Assembly (NCBI GenBank): GCA_900088475.1
Contig: FLMG01000104.1
Span: 1 to 34,890 of the forward strand
Origin: Hyphochytrium catenoides
Taxonomy: Eukaryota; Protista; Hyphochytriomycota
Length of the DNA stretch: 34,890 bases
Direction of reading: 5' to 3'
Shown: positions 1 through 12,970 of the stretch, piece after piece
Layout of the letters: each line of letters starts with the position of its first letter
Position numbering within the stretch: the first letter of the stretch is position 1
Notes under the pieces: model-generated
What the model was told of the DNA's origin: nothing
Seen by the model: only the letters and a program-made list of their open reading frames with translations
Database searches by the model: none
Made by a program: the position numbers and the translations under genes

Positions 1-642
1 AGTTCCTGGTTGTTGACTGAGCCTTTCGACTCTGTCTCTTCGCTGGCTGTTTCTGCCCGGATCCTCCACTTTCTGCTCCGTGGAAGAGCAGCGTGTCGCA
101 GTTGTCTTGAGGGGCGATCGATGGGATCACCTAGAGGACGAAGAAGCAGAAGAAGAGAGAGAGAGAAAGCAGACAAGAAGGAGGAAGAAGTAGGAACTAG
201 CCTAGAACATGACTCTATCTTTCCTCTTCTCTTTCATCTTCCTTCCCCTTCTGTCCTTCGTCTTTGTCGTTGCCACCGCACTGACCCCAAGAGAGAGAGT
301 GGACAATCTCCAATGACATGCATCCTAAACGTTTTCCTCTCTCTCCTTCGTCCTCCGCTGAGGACCATCATGTGCACGCGTCTCTCCTCCTCTGTCCAGT
401 CTCTCTCCATCATCGTAGCCTTCTTCCCTCCTACTGGGGCGGCCCTGCAGAGTAAGTCTCCAGTCTCTCTTTCACTCTTCTCTCTCTTCTCTCTCTCCTT
501 CTCTTCCCTTTTTCTCCCTCGCTCTCTCTCTCTTTATTATCGGGCTTTCTCTCTCAAAGAAGGCCTGTTTCCTTGGATTGATTGTCGTCCTTTCCTCTTC
601 TGTACCTCTAGCCGCTCGCTCGTTTCTTTTGAGTCCAATAAG

Positions 643-679
<37 letters not shown>

Positions 680-699
680 CCCTCTCTCNNNNNNNNNNN

Positions 700-734
<35 letters not shown>

Positions 735-1398
735 CCCTCGTTTCCAACTTTCTTTGTCTCTTCGTTGCTCTCTTCTTTTTCTTCCGAGGATTGAGAGGCC
801 ATAGTAGAAAGATGATGATGATGAAGAAAGTCTCTTTCTCAGGTAGTTAGGCTGACTACTGTCATAGGAGAGAAATAATGATGCAGGAGAGAGATGAAGA
901 AGAGCTTCTTCTCCATAGCCACAGACATGCTAACGCGGCGCAAGAATGAAGAAGCGCTGTTCTTCGTCTTCTTCTTGGGCTGATTCGAAGAAGAGGAACC
1001 TGTGCGCTGAGTCTGGGAGGACGCTGCACATGCCCAAGGAAGCTTCCTCTTTCTCCAATCTTCGTCTTTTCTTCTTCTCTGAGTCTTAAGCCAATGATAG
1101 TAGAAGGAAGCTGATGACATTGAAGCACCAGTCTTCAAAGTAGTTAGTAGACGATGTAGGCTTGCTTCTCATCATGATGCAGGGATCTTCTTCTGATGAT
1201 GATGAGATTGTCGAAGAGAAGCTCTCTTCTTCTTCACCAGCAAACGCGTTAGGATAGACCGAGTATTCTTAGGAGGGATGCTCACCAAGCTCTCCTCCTC
1301 TTCTTTTACTCTTGATGAGGTGCTCAACAGGCTAAGAAGGCTAAGTTATGGCAGAGAAAATGTGCTACTAGTAAGGATGCTGACCCACTACTCTTCTT

Positions 1399-1765
1399 AG
1401 GGTTAGGCTATGATGGTGATGGATCTAGTGAATCTTCTTAGGGTTAGTCAAGCAAAGGCGGAAGATGATGATGATAAGGAAGAAGTCTCTCTCTCTCTCT
1501 CTCTTGGTCAATATTTTGTGAGGATGGTGAGGAGAATGATGCTTGCTGAACCTCTCTCTCTCCTTCTTCTTATCATCAGGGTTAGGCTATGATGATGATG
1601 GATCTAGTGAATTTTCTTAGGGTTAGTAGTCAAGCAAAGGCGGAAGATGATGACGAAAAGGAAGTCTCTCTCTCTCTCTCTCTCTCTTGGTCTATATTGT
1701 GTGAGGATGGTGAGGAGAATGATGCTTGCTGAACCTCTCTCTCTTTCTTCTTGTCATCAGGGTTA
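1399..1765. repeat. Tandem duplication, ~180-bp unit x2, carrying telomere-like TTAGGGTTAG motifs
   Basis: 1399-1577 and 1578-1758 align nearly end to end (agggttaggctatgat...gaagatgatga...(ct)n...gtgaggatggtgaggagaatgatgcttgctgaacc...tcatc). A third unit starts at 1759 (agggtta). TTAGGGTTAG occurs at 1397, 1438 and 1617. Confidence 0.9.
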
Positions 1766-2625
1766 AGTCTAAATGTTGAACTATTATGCATCGAGGCAAA
1801 GCAGAACGACAGCAGCAGGCGAACTAGTCGAGCGCAATTATCTCTCTCTCTCTCACTTTTTTCTTCTTTCCTTGCTCCTCACTGATCTTGATGTTGTTCT
1901 GTCCGGCTGGCTGGGCACACTAGCGATAGCGAACTCTGATGATGAATAGTCTCTTTTTGACTTTGTGAGAAGGGCAAGCGTCGTGGATTTTCATTCTCCT
2001 CTTGTCAGCGGCTCAATGCTCTTGCTTAGTCCTGAACTTCTTGATGCTTATATTGCTCTTGCTGGCATCAGCAGCAGCTCTTGGCAGCAGGCAGCAAGCA
2101 GTAGATGCTCCTCCTAGGTTCGTTCTCATATTATATGGTCATCACAGGATGAGCCATGGGAGTCCAGCTCATCATCTGACGCTGTTAGCGACTGGGGAAG
2201 AAGAGGAAGAAAGAGTGACAATGTCGGTGACAGCAAGCCTCGGCCTTCCACATATATAAGAAGACATCTAGCACACTATTAGAGTTAGTGGATGCCAAGA
2301 GGAAGCGTGACGGGGGAGAAAGAAGAATCAGTGGGAGATAAGTGACGGACGTCTTTCTGCCGCGAAGAAGAGAGAATAAAGGAGAAGGAGAAAGGACAAT
2401 GCTAGTCGTTGTCTTTGGCCAGTACGGCAGCCCTCTTTTTGTTGATGATTCTCTTAGTTTTATTAGAGTTAAAAGCTGACAACTCTCCCTCTTTGCACCT
2501 GCAAGCGGGAGACGATAACGAGGAACAACCGCGGTGCAGAAGCAAGAAGACAACCGCTTGAGAAGAGAGAGAAAGAGAAAGTATCTTTAGCTCCGCGTCC
2601 ACACTACTCTGTTGGCTTTGGCCCT

Positions 2626-4160
2626 TTAACTGGACCTGAAGCGCTGCTGCTGCTGGAACTGCCCACGGCGCACAGAGCGCGTCTGCTGGTTCTTCATGCC
2701 TCCAAAGGCCTTCTTCTCTAGCAGCATAATCAGCTCATCACTTGGAGGAGGAACAGTCTCTCCTTCGCCCTCCACATGGGCCTCACACTGAGAGTAGCGC
2801 GAGTCGTAGCAGATCGGACCCGAGCCCGTGCAGTAGTCATCTGCATCGCAATAGTCCACATCGTCCTTGGCTCTGCACAGCCTGTCTCCGCCATAGAAAG
2901 TGTCGCGAGGACAGTCATTGGCTCTGCCGTCACACACTTCAGGCTTGTCACACGGCCCAGCCGGGGAGCGGCACGTGTAAGTTGTGCCATACTTGAGGTC
3001 AGGGCACGCAGGCTTGTTGGCCTGGCACTTGTCAGGAGCGTCACAGATGCCCACAGATTGACGGCACACGGTGTTCGCCAGGGGCCACGTCTCTGCGGGG
3101 CAAGCTGGAGAGGTTCCAGTGCACACTTCCGCCGTGTCGCAGGGACCCAGAGATGGGCGGCACACAGTGCCCGCGGGCTTGAAGGTGGCCGGGCACAGCA
3201 GAGATCGCCCATCGCACACAGCAGACGGCGCGCAAGCGGACTCAGCAGCGCAGACAGTGCCTTCAGCCTTAGGCGTGATGAAGCAGCCATTCTTACCATC
3301 ACAGNNNNNNNNNNNNNNNNNNNNNNNNNNNNNNNNNNNNNNNNNNNNNNGCAGAAGTTCTTAGTATCGTCCTCACAGGAGCCGCCGGTGCTGGCGCGGC
3401 AGCGTCTCTTGTCGTCTGCGCCGTAGAAGGTGTCGTGTGGGCACTTGGTGCCCGTGCCACTGCATTTCTCTTCCCTGTCACAGATAGAGACTGGTGCGCG
3501 GCAGACGTGGTCTGCGGACTGGAAGCCATCATCAGGGCAGGTGGCGCTGCTTCCCGTGCAGAGCTCAGCCACGTCACAGACGTCACAGGCTGGGCGGCAG
3601 ACTCTGTCCCTGCCATAGAAAGTTCCATCAGGCCTGCAACAGACATTCTTGGGGTCCGTAGGGTCACACTTTCCTCCTCCTGGTGGTGGAGGTGGTGGGG
3701 GCGGGGCGGTGCCTTCTTTGGCACAGCAAACCTTGTCATTGTCACTGTTTCCGTCCTGGATGCAGATGCTTCCTTGCACGATCCCCTCAGGACAGATGCC
3801 GTCATCGCACTGGACAACGCCCCAGCACTTCAGCCCTCCGTTTCCTGGTTGGCAGTCAGCTCTAAATTTCCTGCAGGTGAAGCCCGCTGGACAGTTCCCT
3901 GTGCCGCCTGGAGCGCCGTTGCAGACTACTTTGCTTCCATCAGGACAGTTGCTAGAGCCTGTCTTCCCTGCTGCGTCGCCTGCGAGACAGATGTCCGTGG
4001 AGTCGAGACAGCTGGTGCAGCCTTTGTTAGCGATGCCGCCCTGACAGGTGCCGATAGGGAAGAGCTTAGGGTTGGGACACGCATTGATGGGCTTATAATT
4101 TGCTGCGCTGACGCTTCCCAGAGCCGCGAGCAGACAAGCAGCAAAGAGAGGGAGCTTCAT
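2626..4160 (-). CDS. Secreted cysteine-rich protein with tandem disintegrin-like repeats (~510 aa, spans assembly gap 3305-3350)
   Basis: ATG at 4160 with signal peptide MKLPLFAACLLAALGSVSA, an N-terminal Cys/Gly-rich domain and a poly-Pro linker. Then at least 8 repeats approximating CRxxxxxCDxxExCxGxxxxCPxD (e.g. CRPACDVCDVAELCTGSSATCPDD, CRPSLGPCDTAEVCTGTSPACPAE, CRSPAGPCDKPEVCDGRANDCPRD), matching the C-terminal half of ADAM/snake-venom disintegrin domains. After the gap the frame reads CDGKNGCFITPKAEGTVCAAESAC and joins ORF 2626-3219, stopping at TAA 2626-2628. The apparent frameshift falls in the N gap. Confidence 0.87.
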
Positions 4161-4954
4161 CTTTCTCTCTCGTTTTCCCTCTCTCCTTCGGGGGGAAAGA
4201 ACGAGATTTGGAAGAAGAAGAGTGCTTTCTGAGAGACCCTACGTGGTGTAGGTTGTAGGGAGAAAGTTGTACAATGAAAGGAGTATTGGACAGGCGGACA
4301 ATCAAGTTAGACAAGAGAGGGAAGGCAGAGGAGTCAGGACTGAAGGTAAGCCCCGAAGAAAGATTCTAAGACAGAAGCAAGAGATCGCGAGAGAGGAGAG
4401 AGACAAAGAGCGAGAGAGAGAAAGAGAGAGAGAGATGAGAAAATTAACGTTGCCCAGCTGTTGTTTGACAAACCTCCATCTATCCCCGTTCTCCTCTTCG
4501 ACTCTTCGACTCTTCGTCTATCTCCTCCTCTTTGCTTTATTCTGCCGTCGCTTGAGTTGGACTGGATTTCCACAGGCCTTGCCCAGTTTTCCTCTCTGCG
4601 TCTGTCTATCTTTCTCTCTGTCTCTCTGGTTTCTATCAGGCAATACTTCTTCCTCCATTTTCTTGGCGATCCTTTGGGGTCAATCGTGACCAGTTGGCTA
4701 TTAAAATTCTCTCTCTCTCTCTCGACTTCACCGCTTCCCTGAGCAGAGGGGACAGACATATCACAAGAGAAGAGGAGGCTGCTTGGTGGAGGAGATAGTC
4801 TGAGCGAGAGCTGGGTCAAGAGAGAGAGAGAGGGATGACGTTTCTTTCTTGTTCTCTTTCTCTTTCTCCTTTCTCCACTCTCTTCGTTGACTTTTACTTC
4901 TACAAGTACCATGGAGCGTGGCAAACCACAATGAGCAAGAAAGCTAGGAGATAG

Positions 4955-4994
<40 letters not shown>

Positions 4995-5071
4995 AAGAGA
5001 GAGAGAGGAGAGGGACAGAGAGAGAGAGAGAGAAAAGGGACAGAGAGAGAGTGAGAGAGAGCAAGAGAGTG

Positions 5072-5110
<39 letters not shown>

Positions 5111-8010
5111 GGAGGTCAGAAGAAAGGGGAACACTGATCAGAGTTCTGTGACCTTTCGTAGCGGGGGCGTATTACTCCTCACTGTTTACTTTAAAAGAGT
5201 GTTAAGTGACAGATCCTCTAATATTACTACGCCGGCACGAGATTCCCTAAAACAGGTGGCCCCGCTGGCTGTCATAATAACGTCCTCATACCTAAACATA
5301 ATCCTCCCCTCCTTCCGCTATTGCTTTGTATATATAGGTATGAACCATGACGTCTGAAGATATGCCGCCCCCTGAGATCGATAGTTGGGAGGCCCACGAA
5401 AGATCTCCAAAAGTGCACTCACTCACTTGCGCGCTGCTCTCAACTTTCTCAACTCTCTCTCTCTCCTTCTTTTTGGAGAAGATTCTCTCTCTCTCTCTCT
5501 CCTGCTGTTGACAGGCGAAGAGAAGGCACCAACGATGAGGACGACTGAGGAAGAAAGAAGGAATGCGGCCTCGGCTTTCTATAGCTGACGACCCAGGGCG
5601 GAGGTTCGTCACAAAGAAAGTCCAAGCAACCCAACAAGCTCTCTTTCCCCGTCGTCCTTCTCCTCCTCTCTCCTTCTCCTCTCCCCAAACGGCCAGCATA
5701 AAATCTGGAAGAACGTGGAGCTTGTCTATCTCTCTCTTTGGCGTTGCTCTGCTGTTGACGTGATGTTGCCTGACTCCTGCGCTTTCGGTTTCTGTCACTT
5801 GTTTCTTCTCTCTTCTTCTGACGCGTCTTTCTCCTTCTTATGCTTTATCATCGTCCTTCTTTCTCTAGCTCTGTCTCTTCTCGCTTCTCTTTCGCTGTTA
5901 TTGTTCAAGACCTTGCACCTGGAGTGCACACAGACGTGAGAAAGAGTTGAGGTTCAGTCACTGTACGGGTATAGCAAGAGGGAGAGAGAGAGAAAGAGAG
6001 AGAGAGAGAAAGATAATGATGAGGCCTGATCCCTACGGCATCCCCATCAGAGGAGCTGGGAGATGTCTGTCCCGTCGCCAACAGTTGAGCCTTTCGCTCC
6101 CCTCACTTCTCCCACTTCCACTTCGCTCCCTTCATTGCGGCACGTTCTCCTCTCCATCTCTTCGACAAACTTAGAAGAGCAGTAGAAGACTAAGCAGTGC
6201 TTGGATTTTGCCAACTTCCACTTCCTCTTCTCTCGATCTTCTGCCTTTCAATGCTAAAGGTCCTCGCGCTTTCCTAGCCGTGTTTGCTTCCTTCTTACTT
6301 CCTGACAATCGCAGCTCCTAGTCTCTAAGACCTCAATCAATCAGAAGTTTCATCATGATGCACCACTAGTAGCTACATGCGACGCCCCAGAAGGCCGATT
6401 CAGAGTGAATAGGAGGAGAAAGCGAAAGAGCAAGAAAGAGGAAGGGAAGAGGTGGCCGGAGAGAAGAGAGGGAGAGAACAAACACAGGAAGAAGAGAGAG
6501 AGAGATATAAGCAAGAGAAGAGAGAGAGAGCTCAGACTTACACGATTGCTGCTGGCATTCTGACAGACATAGCCTACTCAAGCAAGCTGTCTTCCTCACT
6601 CGTCATCTTAGACAAATCTATCTGGAGGACTTCTCTCCTTCTCAATACTCCGGTAGCACACAAGGACCATTCTTCTTCCCGTGCTTAGGTCTTACCTGCG
6701 GTCTCACCTATCTAAAGATAACGGACCTTGGTTGTTGTTTTCAGAGATTGTCCTTGCTTCTCTCTTCGTCGTTGGCAATTTTTGTTGAGATTCTGCTTGG
6801 CGCTTGGCTTAGCGAAGTAGAGCATTGGCGTGCAACTCTACTGGGCAGCTGATGGCCAATAGGATGATATGGAAGGCAGATGATGGGTCCACTATGGAGC
6901 TGGGACGAGGCCGGGCCCATGTCCTATCATCATAACTATTCAAACTCCTTCCGTCTTTAAAAGCTAAGTCCCTCTCTCTCTCTCTTTCTCTTTCATTCTC
7001 TTTTCCTCTCTTTCTACTACGCGCTCTCTCTCTCTGTCGCTGTCTGAGATAGCAAAATAGATAGATTTCCACGCTTTCTGCTTTCTGTAAAAACTTCTTC
7101 CGCTCTGCTCTCTATCTTCTTCGTGCGACTTCTCCCTCTCTTTCTCCTTTCTCTGTCTCTCTTTGCCTTCATTTCTCTGTCTTTCTTCCTCCTCTGACTC
7201 TCTCTACTATGGCTCCTACTGCCTTCGCCATCCTACCTCAATCTAGCTCCTCAGATAAAAGAAAAGTCTAGTCCCTTCCTCTTCCTTGATGAGCTCATCT
7301 TCCTCATTCCCAACTGCGAAGCGTGCTTGTCGTCCTCTTCGTGCCCTATATCCCTCCTCCTTCCTTCTTTTCATCACCCTTACTCGGCGCTGCTGGCCTC
7401 TCTCTGACCTTCTACTTTATAGATAGAGGCAGGCGGATGGAGTCCGTGCAGCATCATCGCGGCCCGCCTCTGTTGAAAGCTTGCTACTATCTCTATGGAG
7501 AAGCAAAGGACGCTCCCATGTGATCAGACTACTGAGCAACGTCTGGCTGGCCGTGTGGCCTTAATAGATGTCCGTTCTCTCAGTCAGGGATAGAACCCAA
7601 AGTGCATGAAGAAGAAAGAAAAGACACAAGTAAGAGTTCACTGTCAGCATCCGACAGCTGCTTCCCCGCTAGTTTCCACGCTATGGTCTTCTCATTGATC
7701 AAACATGGTCGGTCCTCAAGACGGCCAGCCTGCCCGCCTTTCCATTTCTTACCACCACGGCGCTTCCCACGCCGACCAGCTCTCTCTCTTTCTTCCCTCT
7801 TATCACCACTGGGTGTCCTACGAAGTAGTAACATGCATGCTGTCTATTGTCTACCATCACGACAGAAGGGATGAAGCACCCATTCCATTCTCATCTGCCT
7901 GCATGACCTTGAAGATCGCGGCCCGGATTACCTTCAGGGCCAGCAAGGAAAGGCAAAGGGACGGCGAACCCGCAGAAAGGTCTTTGAGCTGTCAGTGGAG
8001 AACAGCTTAG

Positions 8011-8560
8011 TATCTAGTACCGCTCCCGTGCGTTCAAGAAGATGGTGAGCTGCTTAGTGCCAACAGTCGTAAGACTCTTCTCCATGGTGATGATTGGGAC
8101 ACAGCAGCAGCTTGGGCGGCTTTCATGGACAGTACAGCGTTGTCCAGCCCTGCCACTTCCCTTTATCACCACTGTGGCACCCTTCAGCTCTGCTAGCCCG
8201 CCATCAGCCCAACTCCGAGGTGGTTTATAAATCGAGACGACGTTGAAGCACCGGGAGGAATGTATGTGACAAGAGCAACAAGCGTCAATGGTGCGCATGC
8301 TGCTGCTGGACTTCAGATGAACCTTAAGGCTGTGCTGACCCGCGCTACCGCGCTACTTCGGAGTCTTCTACTGCTCATACGCCCCTTTGAACACTGACGA
8401 CTGTCCCTGCGGATAGTCTTGACCATAGAAATACCATGGCGAGGACTAGTGCTGAGTTAACTAGGAAGATGATGAGCTGTTCATGAAAGTCAAGCTGCAG
8501 GAGCTTGGTCCTCATGAAGAAGGGTCATCGGTCGTCCCAACATACAAGCAGCAGACCGTC
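8011..8560 (+). pseudogene. Possible decayed coding fragment of unknown identity
   Basis: Microsatellite-free, protein-like + frame (YLVPLPCVQEDGELLSANSRKTLLHGDDWDTAAAWAAFMDS...LQLC*PAISPTPRWFINRDDVEAPGGMYVTRATSVNG...) with one internal TAG over ~125 codons. A later frame gives EDDELFMKVKLQELGPHEEG. No domain recognised. Confidence 0.3.
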
Positions 8561-10821
8561 GAGCCTTCTTCGTGATGATGATGCAAAGAGATGATGTGAG
8601 TCTCAATCTGAGTCTTGCCAACATTCTTCTGGGTGCTGCCGTGACGAAGGACTGGAGGACAAAGGACCGCTTGTGATGACCTTCCGGCTTCTTGCCCAGA
8701 AATCAGCAGCAACAGCATCGTCGGCGATTTACTAAGAAAACCTGTTGCCCTTCTTCCGTTCGGTAGCAGTCTTGGCTTTTAACTTCTTCTCTGAAGAGGA
8801 GCTCTTGATCAATCGGAGGATATGATCCTGGTCAGCGTGGAGCAAGGGTGGAGAAGCTGCCAGCGAGGGGCAGTCGATCAATTGATTGAGATCTGAGAGC
8901 TTGCAAGAACTTCAGGATGTGACTTTCCATATTCAGCCATTATTCAGCGCGACACCAGCTCTTATTGACTGATAGACTTTGTTAATGATGGGCGGACGTG
9001 TCCGAGGTGGAGCGACACGCAAGCCGCCGTTTCTACTAGAAAGTGATCCTGCTAGAAGTCTGGCAGTAGGCGCAAGTGTGGCACATGATGCTGCCTGAAC
9101 CGTCCTCTCTTAAGCTAGCTGAGAAGTCAAAGTTCGCCACCCGCATTTCCTCCGTTTGCAATGTTCCTCTCATGATAGAGAACAGCATAACAATAGGCGC
9201 CACATGTCACGCTGCAAAGTAGACCTTAGACTCAAATATTCTTCGTCACAGAACGGATGATCTAATGGGTCAGCTTCCTAGCAGCAGATGCCGCCGCACC
9301 TAGCTTGTCGCTGGTGTTTTCGTCCACAATATGGCGATATCTGGCGCTCTGACGTGGAGCTTCCTCTATCTTCTCATAAAGGTTCTTACTCTTCTCTTTC
9401 TTCAGAAGAGTCGATGAGGACTTTGCGCTTCTCCACCTTGACTGTCGTCCACCAGGGATGAGGGGTGCTTGCCGGCTTCAGCATATGTGTTGGAGGACTT
9501 TCTGAGATTCAAATAATATCGTACCTCACAGGCTTCAGCTGCTTCAGTGTGTGCCGGTACCGTCCAAAGAGAGTGTGGCAGTGCTGGCTTGGCTCCTCGC
9601 CGCTGTCAGCAGTATCGTTCAAATTCTCTGGTGGTGATTCCCTTCATTCTGCTTCTTCGGAGTCAAAATATGGTGGGACGTCGCCGACGGAGACAGAAGA
9701 GATGGAGACCTTTGTCTCTAGAAAAGCCGGTTCCTGGCGGCTTCTGCTATTGAGCACGACAGACTGCTTTGCTGCCAATCGGCGCTCTTTTATTTCCATC
9801 GTGTGGCCGCCCATCAAGTCACGACGTCAACAACCACTGGTAAGTAGAGAGCGCTATGCTCTTCCAAATTATGCTCTTCCAATTTACAATCTTCAACGAG
9901 GAGGCCCCGACGGATCCTCCTCCCCGCGCTACTAAAGAAGATTTATAGAGCAAGTAAGCTTCTCCTCATGCTTCTTTCCCTTCTTTGTTCAAGCGCCAGC
10001 AGCTTCTAATAAGTTTATGACGTTGCGACAGGCATCATTGGATCGGCAATAGGATTCACAGGGTCCGGCGGGGTACACGTTATGGTTACAGCCTGTGGAT
10101 GATAGTGATGGTCTACATAGAACTTGTAGGTACGCTCACCATATATAGTGAGGCAGAAAGAACGGCCTCCTTGGGCCAAAGCACCATCATTCCGTCCGCC
10201 CCAAGTGGAAAATATTGTTCCATAGCTCCATGCCTTCGTTCAATCCGGCAAGGTGTTGGGCCTTTCTTCTTGGCATCGATGATGGAATTTGTGGCACAGT
10301 CCGGAACCAGCAGCGCAGCAGCAGCAGCGAAGATCTGCGCGTTTCCTCTCGGTAGGTTCCTTCTAAAAAAGACTTATGATTAGGACTACATGGCACTTCG
10401 CCTTCCTTTCTCTGTGGAGGAGTGCGGGTGCAGAGTACACGCTCTACGGACGAGCTACCTTAAATAACGCCATAGAGACTTGCTGAGCTTACCGAATATA
10501 CGAGGCGAGAGCCTTGGTCAGATGGGTGAACAACGCGCGCCTACGAGATGCGTAAAATAACGAGGCATGTTGCAAGTCTCTACCAGCTTTTACCACTACT
10601 GTAAAACGGTACTGTATCGGCCATTACGAAATTGGCAGTTTCCCCGAAAAGAAGCCTACGCTAAAGGGTGAATGTGCCCAGTAAAACCCCCTAAGAGAAT
10701 GCCTTGTACATACAAAATATTAGCCCTTCGGCCTGTTTTACTAATTCCCCATGAGAATAACAACGTTTTCGCTAGATTCATTCTCTTTCTAGTATTTTAG
10801 CTACTTCTACTGCTGCTGTAG

Positions 10822-11029
10822 TAGCTACTACTAAGAAGTAAAAGAAGAAGTAAAAGATAAAGCTTGGAAGAAGAAGTGAGAGATGAAGCAAAGAAGGAGG
10901 GAAAGAAGAAGAAGAAGAGGAAGAAGAAGAAGACAGAGGAGAATAAGACAAAGGAGAAGAAGAAGAGAAAAGAAGAGTAGACGAGAGCTACAAAGCCCTG
11001 GACTCTACAACGCGTTCTCCTCCTCCGCC
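10822..11029 (+). repeat. Left arm of ~200-bp inverted repeat (partner 21156-21351)
   Basis: 27-bp perfect core acaaagccctggactctacaacgcgtt (10990-11016) is the reverse complement of 21169-21195. Similarity extends through the (AAG)-rich part to tagctactacta at 10822. Confidence 0.9.
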
Positions 11030-11361
11030 TAAAACGGAGCGGGTACGGTTCATAGAACTACACCAGCTGAACTTATCAATAGAGATACTGCCCGTGCCGA
11101 AGATAGCGTCTGTCCTCTTGCTGTTTTTCGTCTGTACAGTAGTCACTCTCTAAATGATCCAAGTACAAGTACAAGTACGTCTTCTCTATTTTTTATAAGT
11201 TCCAAGGGATCGCCTTTCTCTCTCTTGTTGTGACGGTACTATAAGTATGTGCCAAGACAGCTCAACTTGGAATTGGATTTGCACATGGAGCCGGAGCGAT
11301 GGAAGCTGCAATAGAGCAGAGAGAGAGAGCAACGCTGATAGATACACAAATATGAGAGAGG

Positions 11362-11421
<60 letters not shown>

Positions 11422-12970
11422 AAGAAAGCAAGAAAGAGATGGGGAAGAGTGAAGGGAAAGAGAGAGAAAGAAAAAAATGCAAAGAGGAAAGAAGATCAAA
11501 AAGCATTATTTTTAGACAGGGATGGGACCGGTTTTAGACAACTGGACAGAAATAGAAGAAAAATGAGAAGGAAAGGAAGAGTGAGAGCGAAGAGAAGGAA
11601 ATGTAGAAGAGGGAAAGAAGAGAAAGAAAGGAGAAGTAAGGATTAGAAAATGGGGCAAGAAGAGAGGGAGACAAAGGAGAAGGAAAGAGAACGAGAGAGA
11701 CGGGGAAGAGATATTGGGCGAGGTCGGAAAAGAGAGAGAGACAGGAAGATAGAGCAATAGAAAGGGAGAGAGCTTGGGACTAATAATGAACGAATAGTAG
11801 TTCTATAAGTGGAGAGAGAGGAGAGGCCGGGGACCCTAATAGATGCTTCCTCTTGGGGACCAAAAGAGCCCTCTAGTCATTCGTTCGACTATGCGGGGAA
11901 GGTCGAGAGAGAGAAACCTTTTCTACGTCTGAAGGGAGGAGAGAAGAGAAGGAGAAGAGAGAGAAAGGGAGAGAGAGAAAGAGGGAGGGAGAAAGAGAGA
12001 GAGAGGAAAGAGAGAGAGAGGAAAGAGAGAAAGAGAGAGAGAAGGAGAAGGAGAAGAGAGAGAAAGAGAGAGAGAGAGAAAGAGAGAGAGGGGAGAAAGA
12101 CAGAGAGAGGAAAGAGAGAAAGAGAGAGAGAAGCGTAACATATAGATCTAGAAGTACACTTCCTTTCTCTCTTTGCTTCTTCTTGATCCGTCTTTTTTTT
12201 CGCTTTCTCTTTCTCCCTGTCTCATCTTTCTGTTTCTCTCTCTACCACTCTCTCACCTCCCCTCTCTCTCTTCTCCCTCTCTCTCCCCTTTAACTCTCTC
12301 TCTCTCTCTCTCTCTCTCCCCTCTCTTCACTGAGAAAGACGGCAGCCAGACGACAGGAGCATAATAAGACGGCAGCAAGTAAGATACGGCCTCCTTCTCT
12401 TGTCAAAAAAGTCTCCTAAAAGATGAAGGTTCTTAAAAGTCCTCTCGACTCTTCTTCTCTCTCCGTCTCTCCTCCTTCTCGGGTCAGAAGAGGGAAACAA
12501 GAAAGCAGGAAAGGATCATCGATATAGATCTTTCTTGGGTGGCTCTTCTTCTTTTCTCCCGTGTCTGGCGCGTTCTCTTGTTCTCTCTCTTGTCTGACCG
12601 TCCTAAGCCCTCTTCCCTTTCTATGGAGTTCGACGATAAAAGGAAGAAGGAGCAGGAAAGAGACTGAGAGGAAATAGTGTCCTTCTTTTGCTTCTCTTTT
12701 CTCGGCCTCCGTCTTCTCTCGATCCTCTCCCCCATTTCCAGCGTCGTCTCAGATCTCTCTCTTTCTCTTCGTCCATTTCTCATAATACCCAGCGCCTCCC
12801 AAGCCGGCGAATAGAGGCAGAAGAGATAAGTGTCTTGCGTTTCTCTTTCTTCTCCTTCCTCCTTCTCTCTCTCTCCTCCCTCTTCCCATCTCACCATCCG
12901 CCGTCTGCTGGCCTTCAACCTCTCTCAAAGGTGTCAGCGAGTCTTTCTCTTCCTTTCAGCACGGAACACA

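Noticed and set aside
1-460. Possible minus-strand exons at the left edge
   Set aside because: An acceptor-like site near 130 and two open frames exist, but there is no recognisable protein or consistent upstream exon.
2730-3304. C-terminal part of ORF 2730-4160, suggesting a frameshifted or pseudogenised gene
   Set aside because: The frame change coincides with the N gap of estimated length. The Cys-repeat pattern continues in the 2626-3219 frame.
2776-4232. Plus-strand ORFs 2776-3426, 3435-4232 and 3649-4044
   Set aside because: Antisense shadows of the GC-rich disintegrin-like CDS.
4267-5134. Long ORFs rich in LSLSLS or ERERER (here and at 10-804, 11186-12364, 16975-19233, 25727-27637, 29710-30805)
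   Set aside because: These are translations of (CT)n/(AG)n tracts, which lack stop codons. There is no complex sequence or domain.
5150-5400. Weak inverted-repeat hints in a small non-microsatellite island
   Set aside because: Matches are too short and gapped to distinguish from chance.
9855-9884. 15-bp tandem duplication (tatgctcttccaa x2); similar 12-bp duplication at ~21939-21965
   Set aside because: Ordinary slippage duplications with no further structure.
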